The notes beneath the pieces were generated by a model. That model saw only the letters and a list, made by a program, of their open reading frames with translations, was not told the DNA's origin and searched no databases. From a virus: 64,000 nt of DNA. The DNA lies in the IMG/VR virus record IMGVR_UViG_3300001605_000008, positions 64,001 to 128,000 of that record, one strand, 5' to 3'. Position 1 is the stretch's first letter, and each line of letters opens with the position of its first letter. The position numbers were made by a program, and so were the translations under genes. Shown piece by piece: positions 1-8,154 of this stretch.

Positions 1-285
1 GCGCATTTTACGCAGAGCGTTGAGGCGTGCAGCCAATTTAGCCTGGGGATTTACCTTTTTGGTTCTTTTAGTACGCCGTGCTTGACGTACTTTGGTATTG
101 GCCCGGGTGCGTTTCATCTGCTCTCTTTTACCAACATCAGGGGCAGCAGCACAATCTTTGGGGTGTGCCACTGTACGGTTGGCTCTGGGACCAGAAGTAC
201 AGCGCCATTTCAAGGAGACTTTTCCTGTGCGGGGATTCCTTTTAAAAACCATCCGAGTCTCGGTGACGAATTCGTATGCTCGCAT
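1..285 (-). CDS. Small basic protein, candidate internal head protein (partial, runs off window)
   Basis: Not in ORF track. Manual translation from ATG at 285: MRAYEFVTETRMVFKRNPRTGKVSLKWRC...ARLNALRKMR, open to base 1. Starts 1 nt after the gp13 stop; Arg/Lys-rich. Confidence 0.7.
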   Translation of the reverse strand, partial: MRAYEFVTETRMVFKRNPRTGKVSLKWRCTSGPRANRTVAHPKDCAAAPDVGKREQMKRTRANTKVRQARRTKRTKKVNPQAKLAARLNALRKMR

Positions 286-286
286 G

Positions 287-1051
287 TCAGCCAATCACAA
301 AAGTCAAAGGTTGTGAACCGTCTACATAGAGCTTTAAATCTTCGATACATCGATCTATGGCTGCCTGGCCTTCGGCTTTCATGGCAGCACCATTCAGTAC
401 TGATCCGCCCTGGGGACCGGCGATCGAAGCGAATTTTTCACGAGCTTCACCGATGATGATCTTGGCCGCACCGGTCATGCAATCCCGGAACCATTGAACG
501 ATCTGATAGTCGGCCAGCAGAGTGATCTCGGGTTTGAGATTGTAGGTCCACAACAGCACCACTTCGCCAGATCCTCGTGGGTCGCGGATTAACTGCAAGC
601 GCTTGGTCACAGGGTTCCAGGTATAGTTGATATACCCACCAAACATACGAGCTGCCAGTTCCACATACTGCTGATAAAAATCATAAGTGGCCAGGCCACC
701 CGATGCTTGATTCCAGTTCAGCAAATACACGTTGAGCGTGGCCGCACCAAAAGGATCAAAACTGGAGCCACTGCCGCCAGTGCCTAGCCCAATGGTTCTC
801 CGGAAGATCTGCCGAACGGTCTGCACTTCCTGGGGCAGATAGTATTCATTGACTCCATCCTGGAGTTGCATGAAGCTGTATGATTCTTCATAGGCATTCT
901 GTGCCCGCTGGCGATATATGCCCAGGGTGCGCTGATATGCAGATTCATAATGCGCAGGATCCAGCTCGATGTCTATGATCTGATCTGCCAACTGCAGTTG
1001 CACATATTCGATGAGCTGTTTTTTAAGAGGGTCTAGCGTTTGATCTGCCAT
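287..1051 (-). CDS. gp13: Neck protein, T4 gp13-like
   Basis: 254 aa; IDIELDPAHY, YYLPQEVQTVRQIF, GEAREKF...GPQGG..LNG motifs resemble gp13-family neck proteins; AGGAG SD and TAAATA upstream. Confidence 0.75.
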   Translation of the reverse strand: MADQTLDPLKKQLIEYVQLQLADQIIDIELDPAHYESAYQRTLGIYRQRAQNAYEESYSFMQLQDGVNEYYLPQEVQTVRQIFRRTIGLGTGGSGSSFDPFGAATLNVYLLNWNQASGGLATYDFYQQYVELAARMFGGYINYTWNPVTKRLQLIRDPRGSGEVVLLWTYNLKPEITLLADYQIVQWFRDCMTGAAKIIIGEAREKFASIAGPQGGSVLNGAAMKAEGQAAIDRCIEDLKLYVDGSQPLTFVIG

Positions 1052-1070
1052 AAGGGGCTCCTTGCCCCTA

Positions 1071-1076
1071 TATTTA
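1071..1076 (-). promoter_or_regulatory. Late promoter core TAAATA (gp13)
   Basis: GCTAAATA 19 nt upstream of the ATG; same core precedes most structural genes. Confidence 0.6.
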
Positions 1077-2210
1077 GCGAACTTTCAACAGGATCAGGTT
1101 CTCACTGCCACGACCGTTGAATTTCACTTCTGTGGCCTTGATGTCTTTGAAGTACTTTCTATGCTGTGCCACGCCGCCCTGCAGCAACCCTTTGATCTGT
1201 TCCTGGGGCTTGCGGAGTGTTTTTTGTATAGAGTTAGCGGGATCAAACCCAATGATAGCTGACCCTTTTACAGTGAATGATCCTGCATGAGTATCCGCTA
1301 CAACATAGATGAGCTTTCTTTTCTTGGTATCATACAACCAGGCTTCCTGGGCATTTACCAGTTTGGTAACCGGTTCGCTTCGGAGTTTGAGTTCCTCAAA
1401 TTCTTTCATGTATTTGAATCGAGCCGTGAGTTTTTCTGGACTCACGGGTTTTTTCTTGCGTGGCGCACGCTCGGTTTTCTTGATCTGCACATAGCTGCCA
1501 CAGTCTGCAACCACTGTTTCGGCAAACTTGATGAGATTCCGGATCTGTAGTTTTCCAAAGTTGCTGTAGCCTTCTACCAGCTGAGCATCTTTGCCTTGAG
1601 CTGTTTCTTCCAGTTCGGCGATGCGTCGCTGCCAGTCTTGGGCGATTTCCCCCACCATCTGCGGTGCTACATTGATGCCACGAAGAACCAACATGGGTTT
1701 ATAGTCTGCTGACATTTTGGCGCCAGATCTTATCATGTCGTCATACATGGCTTCGATCTCACCGGCTGCTTCGATCATTTTGTCCCGCAACCGATCTTGG
1801 ATGTTGGGACGAACTACTACTTCTTCTGCGACCTTTGTGACTTCCTTGACGGCTCGCACTGATTCCACGTGCCGACGGATCGCTGTGTTCAGGGTTACTA
1901 TTTCAGAATCAAGAAGCGCCAGACCCATCACATTCATGCGACACAACCATCCATATACATTGGTGATGCTGGATTCTGGCACGCGAGCAAACTCCTTGGC
2001 TTCTTTGGTGCGATCGTTTCGGGCAAGCCAATCCGTGATGAATTCTTTGACTTCTTTTTTACCGTAGTGATAACCATACCAGTAAAAGGCCTGCCCCAAT
2101 CTGCTGATGCGATTATCTGCTGTGGGCTGTGTGTGCCACTCCGGCTCAGACCCAGTGTACTTGACATCTGGACTGCGGGGATTCATGGGTTTGATTTTTG
2201 CGGCGATCAT
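1074..2210 (-). CDS. Hypothetical protein, probably early/middle expressed
   Basis: 378-aa ORF with AAGGAG SD; Lys-rich C-terminal part (WLYDTKKRKL..VKGSAIIGFD..KTLRKP); no function recognised. Confidence 0.7.
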   Translation of the reverse strand: MIAAKIKPMNPRSPDVKYTGSEPEWHTQPTADNRISRLGQAFYWYGYHYGKKEVKEFITDWLARNDRTKEAKEFARVPESSITNVYGWLCRMNVMGLALLDSEIVTLNTAIRRHVESVRAVKEVTKVAEEVVVRPNIQDRLRDKMIEAAGEIEAMYDDMIRSGAKMSADYKPMLVLRGINVAPQMVGEIAQDWQRRIAELEETAQGKDAQLVEGYSNFGKLQIRNLIKFAETVVADCGSYVQIKKTERAPRKKKPVSPEKLTARFKYMKEFEELKLRSEPVTKLVNAQEAWLYDTKKRKLIYVVADTHAGSFTVKGSAIIGFDPANSIQKTLRKPQEQIKGLLQGGVAQHRKYFKDIKATEVKFNGRGSENLILLKVR

Positions 2211-2219
2211 GCGTTCTCC

Positions 2220-2477
2220 TTAGATCATTAACTGGGCCATCATTACATAGCGTTCTAGATTATGTACGGATTCTTCTGCTCGGGCAAGTGCTTCTTGATA
2301 AGCCGGAGTGGTTTTGTGTAACCTCCTGCATTCCACTTCTGCTGTGCTGACTTCGGACAACCAGCGTTCGGTGGCCCGGGACATTTTTACGCAGTCCTTG
2401 TGCATCTGGCTGGGCGGCAGATTTCGGATCGTGACACAGCACGTTCTATGACGTTTGAGCAGTGTATCCAGGTCCAT
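2220..2477 (-). CDS. Hypothetical helical protein
   Basis: 85-aa ORF directly under a near-consensus sigma70 promoter. Confidence 0.6.
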   Translation of the reverse strand: MDLDTLLKRHRTCCVTIRNLPPSQMHKDCVKMSRATERWLSEVSTAEVECRRLHKTTPAYQEALARAEESVHNLERYVMMAQLMI

Positions 2478-2483
2478 TTTGTA

Positions 2484-2512
2484 ATTATAGCAGAATGCTA
2501 TTTTTGGGTCAA
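2484..2512 (-). promoter_or_regulatory. Sigma70-type promoter TTGACC-17-TATAAT with TGn extended -10
   Basis: Minus strand reads ttgacc caaaaatagcattctgc tataat tacaaa ATG. Confidence 0.75.
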
Positions 2513-2520
2513 CCTGTACA

Positions 2521-2526
2521 TAAATA
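2521..2526 (+). promoter_or_regulatory. Late promoter core TAAATA (gp14)
   Basis: CATAAATA 7 nt before ATG 2534. Confidence 0.6.
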
Positions 2527-2533
2527 CTTGACT

Positions 2534-4078
2534 ATGCCCAGATTAAGCCTTTGGAGACCCCAAAAATCCAACGATTATCGTTTTTTTGATCGTACCATAT
2601 CCGAAATGTACACCGTCGGCGGATTGGATCTCTACATACACAAGTACTTAGGGCCCAAGGTCCTAGGCGACGAGGGCAACAACGATGCCACACAGCCCAA
2701 ATACGATACCACAGACCCGTTGTTTATACAGGACTTGTTCTTGCTGGAAAATCGAGATCGGGCATATGATCCCGATATCTATCGCATGCGTGGTGTATAC
2801 AACGTGCAAGACATAGACTTTGATCTCACGCAATTTGGCTTGTTCCTGCAGAACGACACGCTATTCATCACCTTCCACTACAACGACATGATCGACACTA
2901 TCGGTCGCAAACTGATGTCAGGTGATGTTCTGGAAGTACCCAATCTCCGGGACATGAATCCTCTCAATCCCGCCATACCCAAGGGCCTGCCCAAATACTA
3001 TGTGATACAAGACGCATCATTTCCTGCAGAAGGATTCAGCCAGACTTGGTTACCACATCTGTGGCGTGTGAAAGCCACACCCATGGTCAACTCCCAAGAG
3101 TATCAGGACATACTCAATAAACCATTTGTTACTGAAAACATCTGGGATCCTGGGCAGCTCTGGCCCTCGGGCACCATCGTCAACGATGGCGACAATTACT
3201 ACGAGGCCATCGGTAATGTTCCGCCAGGTACTCCCATCACCGACACTGATTCGTGGCGGCCGCTGTTGATCAACACGCCTTGGGAATTCAACACCGGTTA
3301 CCCCGAAGGTACCGTGGTGATATTCGAAGGCCAATATTATCAGGCTCTGCAGGATGTTCCTCCTGGCACGCCCTTGGAAGAAGGAGACTACTGGCAGATC
3401 ATCGCCGCACCGGACGGTGTTGAAACCATTGGCGAGACCGCTTCTACTCGTGCCAAAGACCTGCAGATCAATGATGCTATCCTGGCCCAGGCCGAAGCCG
3501 AAGTGCCACTGAGTGGTTATGACACTGTGAAGTTTTATATCTTCCCCACCAACCCCGATGGCACACCTGCCGATCCACAAGGCATCACCGCAGACAACAG
3601 CAACATCACCATAGATGAAACGGGTGTGAATTCTGCTGACGCACCACAATCACCTAGATCCAATGGTTACACCATGGGCTATCTCACCGGTGATGGCATC
3701 GCTCCCAATGGCTTGCCTGTGACTCCGGGCGTGACATTCCCTGTGAATCCCCAGGAAGGTGAGTATGCATTGCGATTAGATTATTTCCCTAATCGACTGT
3801 TCCGTTTCAATGGTCGCACTTGGATCAGGATTGAAGATTCAGTGCGTACTGACCTCACCAACGGTCCTGCCAATAACACGCTGCGATCCAGTTTTGTCAA
3901 CAACACCTATACCGTGGCAACCACGGATCAGGGTGACATCCCCAGCCGCCAGAGTCTCAGCGAGCTACTGAAACCCCGCGCCGACAACGGCAATGATGGT
4001 GGTGACAAACCCGCCAATCGCAGGCCTCCCACACAGCCCGGGCAGCCCAACGTAAAATATCCACCTTTTGATGAGTGA
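2534..4078 (+). CDS. gp14: Neck/head-completion protein, gp14-like, with inserted CBM-like repeats
   Basis: Start revised to MPRLSLWRP at 2534; FDLTQFGLFL..DTLFITFHYNDM and GDVLEVP resemble gp14; located next to gp13 and gp15. Confidence 0.65.
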   Translation: MPRLSLWRPQKSNDYRFFDRTISEMYTVGGLDLYIHKYLGPKVLGDEGNNDATQPKYDTTDPLFIQDLFLLENRDRAYDPDIYRMRGVYNVQDIDFDLTQFGLFLQNDTLFITFHYNDMIDTIGRKLMSGDVLEVPNLRDMNPLNPAIPKGLPKYYVIQDASFPAEGFSQTWLPHLWRVKATPMVNSQEYQDILNKPFVTENIWDPGQLWPSGTIVNDGDNYYEAIGNVPPGTPITDTDSWRPLLINTPWEFNTGYPEGTVVIFEGQYYQALQDVPPGTPLEEGDYWQIIAAPDGVETIGETASTRAKDLQINDAILAQAEAEVPLSGYDTVKFYIFPTNPDGTPADPQGITADNSNITIDETGVNSADAPQSPRSNGYTMGYLTGDGIAPNGLPVTPGVTFPVNPQEGEYALRLDYFPNRLFRFNGRTWIRIEDSVRTDLTNGPANNTLRSSFVNNTYTVATTDQGDIPSRQSLSELLKPRADNGNDGGDKPANRRPPTQPGQPNVKYPPFDE

Positions 4079-4081
4079 CCC

Positions 4082-5467
4082 ATGGCACAGCAATTCTTTT
4101 TCGACGAACAGATAAGACGATTCCTGCTGCAGTTTGCCAGGATATTTTCCAACTTCCAGGTCACTTACGGTCGCGACGAAAGCAACAACGTGGCTCTGTT
4201 ACGTGTGCCGGTACGATACGGAGATGCCAGCCGACAAGCACAGACCATACTGCAAGAAAATTCTGCTTCCAGCATGCCGTCTACACCGCTGATGACTTTT
4301 TATATCACTGGCATGGAGTACGATCGTCCGCGCATACAAGAACCCTATCATGTAAACAAGATGCAGGTGCGGCAGCGCACCTGGGATGCAGATTCTGAAA
4401 GTTATGAAACCACGCAAGGCAATGCGTTTACGATTGAACGACTGATGCCAGTGCCGTACAAGATGACCGTGAATCTAGATATCTGGACTTCCAACGAAAA
4501 CCAGAAACAACAGATCTTTGAGCAGATCTCGCCGCTGTTCAATCCTGCCCTGGAAATACAAAGCACAGACAACTATCTCGACTGGACCAGTCTCTCAGTG
4601 GTGGAGCTAGAAAGAACCAACTGGACCAGCCGTACCATACCCGTGGGCACTGAAAACCCCATAGACATCCTTACTATGACGTTTAACATACCCATATGGA
4701 TATCATCACCGGCCAAGGTCAAGAAACTGGGTGTGGTAGAAAAGATCATCGCTTCTGTGTATGACAGCCAGGGCGATGCCATCGATGCCATACGCAACAG
4801 CGATCTCTTGCTGGGTACCCGACAGAAATTCACGCCCTACAATTATCAGACTCTGCTGATTGGAAACAAAGTACAGGCCCTGAAATACAGTGCGGTGATC
4901 AACACTGCTAATTCCTCTGTGATCAGTCCGGAATCACCGCCCAGCAACGAAATGTGGCAGGCTGTAGTGGGCATGTATGGTGTGCTAAGGCCTGGCATCA
5001 GCCAGATCCGATTTGATAACTCTTGGCAAGATGAAGGTCCACAGATCATCGGTACAGTGAGCTATGATCCCACTGATGATAGATTTTTGCTGATAGACAT
5101 AGATCAAGATACCATCCCACAAAACACCCTGGCTCCCATCACTGCCATCGTCGATCCGCTGGTGAGTGGACCAGGTGCAGGATTACCTGTCCCTGCCGCA
5201 GGAACACGATATCTGATATTAAACAACATTGGATCGTTTGAAAACACCGACCCGGCCGAAGCCTGGGGGCCGTTAGTGGCCGCAGCCAACGACATCATTG
5301 AATTTGATGGCACCAATTGGCTGGTGAGCTTTAGATCTGCTGATTCTCCCAACACACAATTTGTCACCAACATCACCACGAGCCTACAATATCGTTGGAC
5401 CGGCGCGGAGTGGGTCAAGAGCTATGAAGGGTTATACCCTGCCGGAGAATGGAGCTTGGTTTTATGA
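4082..5467 (+). CDS. gp15: Tail completion/sheath stabiliser, gp15-like
   Basis: FFDEQIRRFLLQFARIFSNF, RVPVRYG, MPVPYKMTVNLDIW..QIFEQISPLFNP motifs. Confidence 0.75.
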   Translation: MAQQFFFDEQIRRFLLQFARIFSNFQVTYGRDESNNVALLRVPVRYGDASRQAQTILQENSASSMPSTPLMTFYITGMEYDRPRIQEPYHVNKMQVRQRTWDADSESYETTQGNAFTIERLMPVPYKMTVNLDIWTSNENQKQQIFEQISPLFNPALEIQSTDNYLDWTSLSVVELERTNWTSRTIPVGTENPIDILTMTFNIPIWISSPAKVKKLGVVEKIIASVYDSQGDAIDAIRNSDLLLGTRQKFTPYNYQTLLIGNKVQALKYSAVINTANSSVISPESPPSNEMWQAVVGMYGVLRPGISQIRFDNSWQDEGPQIIGTVSYDPTDDRFLLIDIDQDTIPQNTLAPITAIVDPLVSGPGAGLPVPAAGTRYLILNNIGSFENTDPAEAWGPLVAAANDIIEFDGTNWLVSFRSADSPNTQFVTNITTSLQYRWTGAEWVKSYEGLYPAGEWSLVL

Positions 5468-5883
5468 TAGCAGCAGGAGTTTGGTTTTACAGCCTGTCCA
5501 CAGATCGCTATCTCTATCTCATGCGTGATGATGTTAAGCATCCTGCATCATGGGGCTTGCCCGGTGGCAAGGTCGAGCCTGGCGAAAGCCTCTTAGATGC
5601 CATACGCAGAGAGTGTGAAGAAGAAATTGGATTTTTCCCCCAGCATCTGCGCATGGTGCCCTTGGAAAAATTCACCAGTGCTGATGGTGGATTCAGTTAT
5701 CATACATTTTTCTGTTGTGTGGATCAGGAATTCGTGCCCACGCTCAACGAAGAACATCTGGGCTATGCCTGGATCAACAGCCTGACTTGGCCACGGCCCA
5801 TGCATCCGGGTCTATGGAACATCATCAACATCGAAGAGATCCGTGGCAAGATCGACACGATCAAAAATCAAATGTCACAGTAA
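5464..5883 (+). CDS. NUDIX hydrolase
   Basis: Nudix box WGLPGGKVEPGESLLDAIRRECEEEIG; ATG 5464 overlaps the gp15 stop (ATGA). Confidence 0.9.
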   Translation: MIAAGVWFYSLSTDRYLYLMRDDVKHPASWGLPGGKVEPGESLLDAIRRECEEEIGFFPQHLRMVPLEKFTSADGGFSYHTFFCCVDQEFVPTLNEEHLGYAWINSLTWPRPMHPGLWNIINIEEIRGKIDTIKNQMSQ

Positions 5884-6530
5884 GTGACGAATCTACGATA
5901 GTCCATCATTTTGACATTGGCATTGTCTAACCAGACGCCTGGAGTGTTTTGTCTCGTGACCAAAAAGAATTTTGTAGTGGCATAGGTCTGGAAAACATCG
6001 TTGACATCGGTGATCCATCCGGGATCACCCACATCAATATCGGCATTATAACCCAGCATGAACACTTCCTCGTGCTGATCAAATGCGGCTAGATATATCG
6101 GCAGCGCGATCTGATGCACATTGGGAAGATATGGTACCGGATAAAATCTGCCGGGATATTGCAAACAGTGGCGTGCGTTGGTGTAGACCGTGGTATCGTG
6201 GTCATACTCCGAATCTGCTAATTTTTGTATCAAATCAGGTTGTGTTGCTACAAAAAAATCAAATCGCATGTCCTGCCACATGGAACCAGTGCCATAGGTC
6301 TGCAATCGTTTTTGGGCCAAGAGACCGCCACGATGGCGAGCCAGGCGCTGATGTTTGAAATATTTGCTGTCACGATCAGTGGCGATGGCAGCTGCACGCC
6401 GGGATGTATGATGATTTTCTATCACATTGGGTATCCATTCGCGACGCTGTATCGTGGTATTGTTGGCGACGATGGTATCTGCTATCACAAATTCGCCGTC
6501 ATAGTCCCGGCGATAACGTGCGTGGATCAT
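5868..6530 (-). CDS. Maf/DUF115-like (GT29-fold-like) protein, paralogue of 21244-21825
   Basis: YG...VAT...S.Y...YT and AA.D...LGYN motifs align by eye with the 21244 protein; translationally coupled to the fibre operon. Confidence 0.5.
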   Translation of the reverse strand: MIHARYRRDYDGEFVIADTIVANNTTIQRREWIPNVIENHHTSRRAAAIATDRDSKYFKHQRLARHRGGLLAQKRLQTYGTGSMWQDMRFDFFVATQPDLIQKLADSEYDHDTTVYTNARHCLQYPGRFYPVPYLPNVHQIALPIYLAAFDQHEEVFMLGYNADIDVGDPGWITDVNDVFQTYATTKFFLVTRQNTPGVWLDNANVKMMDYRRFVTYCDI

Positions 6531-6934
6531 GATCCCACCGGCTGCCAGACCAACTCAGATTCATTCCAGGAATATCGATTACCGTCCGTGGGATACGGAA
6601 CAGGTGGTTCAAACTCGCAGGTTTCTTCGTTAAAGGTCCAGGAAAGGAAATCCGTCCAATTGCGTTTTATCGCATCTTGTTTGGCGGTTTTTTCTTCTTG
6701 GGTCATGGATCTCATGATCCAATAGTCTTCTACTTGGTCATCATTCCACCGATATTCACACCCCACTACTACTTCATACACTCCCGGAGTGGGTGCTGGA
6801 ACTCTGAGGAATCTAGCAAATTCTGGAGGAGGATCGTCAAAGTCAAGGTCGGGCCAGACCTGTTCAAAATTTGATCTGGTGATAGGATGCTGGAAAGGTT
6901 CGCCGTTGACGATCCGGATCACTAGTTCTATCAT
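6527..6934 (-). CDS. Fibre-associated small protein (possible assembly chaperone)
   Basis: 135 aa, WTFNEETCEFEPPVPYP...YSWNE motif; ATGA-coupled to the glycine-rich fibre gene. Confidence 0.55.
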   Translation of the reverse strand: MIELVIRIVNGEPFQHPITRSNFEQVWPDLDFDDPPPEFARFLRVPAPTPGVYEVVVGCEYRWNDDQVEDYWIMRSMTQEEKTAKQDAIKRNWTDFLSWTFNEETCEFEPPVPYPTDGNRYSWNESELVWQPVGS

Positions 6935-8154
6935 AGATCACCTGTGTTGGTTGATGGGAATGCCCGGCCAGGCCCCCAGATGATCCGGACTCCACCAGCA
7001 GCACCAATGGATTGCTCGCCGTTGGTGGTATCTGCGCCGGCTCCACCACCGCCACGAGCACCCGGAGTAGAGGGACTACCAGTACCATATACGTTTTGAG
7101 CCGTGGTAGAGGTTGACGCGAAAGTAGCATTGCCTCCACTGGAGCCGCCAAATCCACCACGGCCGTCTGCAGTGGTTGAAGCACCTTTGGCACCCGAGGT
7201 GCCTTCGCCCAGGAGTCCTACGCCGCCGCCCGATCCGGCAGTATCACCGTCGCCGCAACCACCACCACCTCCACCACCGCCACCAGATCCTGCACTGCCG
7301 GTAGCATTGTTTGTTCCGTTGCTGCCAGCACCACCTGCGCCGGAATAGCCGCCTGCTCCGCCGCCGCCACCTGCTTGGGCGGTAGATGAGTTACGACCTC
7401 CCCCTGCTCCACCGCTGCCGCCGCCATCGCCTGCAGTACCGCCACCGGCTCCACCGGTGTTGCTGGCTGTGACACCACCGCCACCACCAAATCCTGCCAC
7501 GGTAGCGGTGCTGATAAAATAGCTGTTGCCCCCGGCACCGGCTGTGCCCGAAGTTGTTCTCGTGCCACCCGCACCAACCACCACGGTATAGCCGGTGGTT
7601 GGAGTTACTGCAATGTTGTTTTTCCATCCTAGACCGCCGCCACCGCCACCCGATGCACCGCTGGTATTGGCTGCAGGACCACCACCGCCGCCCACACACA
7701 CCACGCACACCGAAGTCACACCTGCTGGTGCTGTCCAAGTAAAGGTACCAGGTGTTAGATACTGTTCTTGTCCCACGGGGGTAACACTGGTATCCAGTAC
7801 CGTGACCGTGGCTGCCGTGGCTACTATAGTACCACCGGTGCTGCCAGTACGCAGTTCTAGTATGATAGTTTCAGAACCTTCAGTAATGAGATCGTTGACC
7901 AAAGTACGTGTGATGGTACCTGCACCGCTGGTAAGAGTAAAAGATCCCGAATTAGCATTATCAGTAAAATCTGCAGCCACTGTGGTGCCTGAATTGGTCC
8001 AGTAATAGGTACCATCGGGCACATTGATGGTGGAAACTGTGTAGGTCACAGTTTCACCTTCGGTCATTTCGGTGATATTTGGAGATATTGAGTATTGGGG
8101 GTCCAAGTTATCTATTACAGTAACCCCTGAGATGCCAACACCTGAGATGTTCAT
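6931..8154 (-). CDS. Glycine-rich receptor-binding/fibre protein with N-terminal Calx-beta/Ig-like domain
   Basis: ITEGSETIILELRTGS Ig-like segment; FTWTAPAGVTSVCVVCVGGGG then GGGGG-rich domain ending GAAGGVRIIW. Confidence 0.7.
   Translation of the reverse strand: MNISGVGISGVTVIDNLDPQYSISPNITEMTEGETVTYTVSTINVPDGTYYWTNSGTTVAADFTDNANSGSFTLTSGAGTITRTLVNDLITEGSETIILELRTGSTGGTIVATAATVTVLDTSVTPVGQEQYLTPGTFTWTAPAGVTSVCVVCVGGGGGPAANTSGASGGGGGGLGWKNNIAVTPTTGYTVVVGAGGTRTTSGTAGAGGNSYFISTATVAGFGGGGGVTASNTGGAGGGTAGDGGGSGGAGGGRNSSTAQAGGGGGAGGYSGAGGAGSNGTNNATGSAGSGGGGGGGGGCGDGDTAGSGGGVGLLGEGTSGAKGASTTADGRGGFGGSSGGNATFASTSTTAQNVYGTGSPSTPGARGGGGAGADTTNGEQSIGAAGGVRIIWGPGRAFPSTNTGDL

Noticed and set aside
82-456. 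Plus-strand ORFs at the window start
   Set aside because: Antisense to gp13 and to the better-supported minus-strand ORF 1-285.
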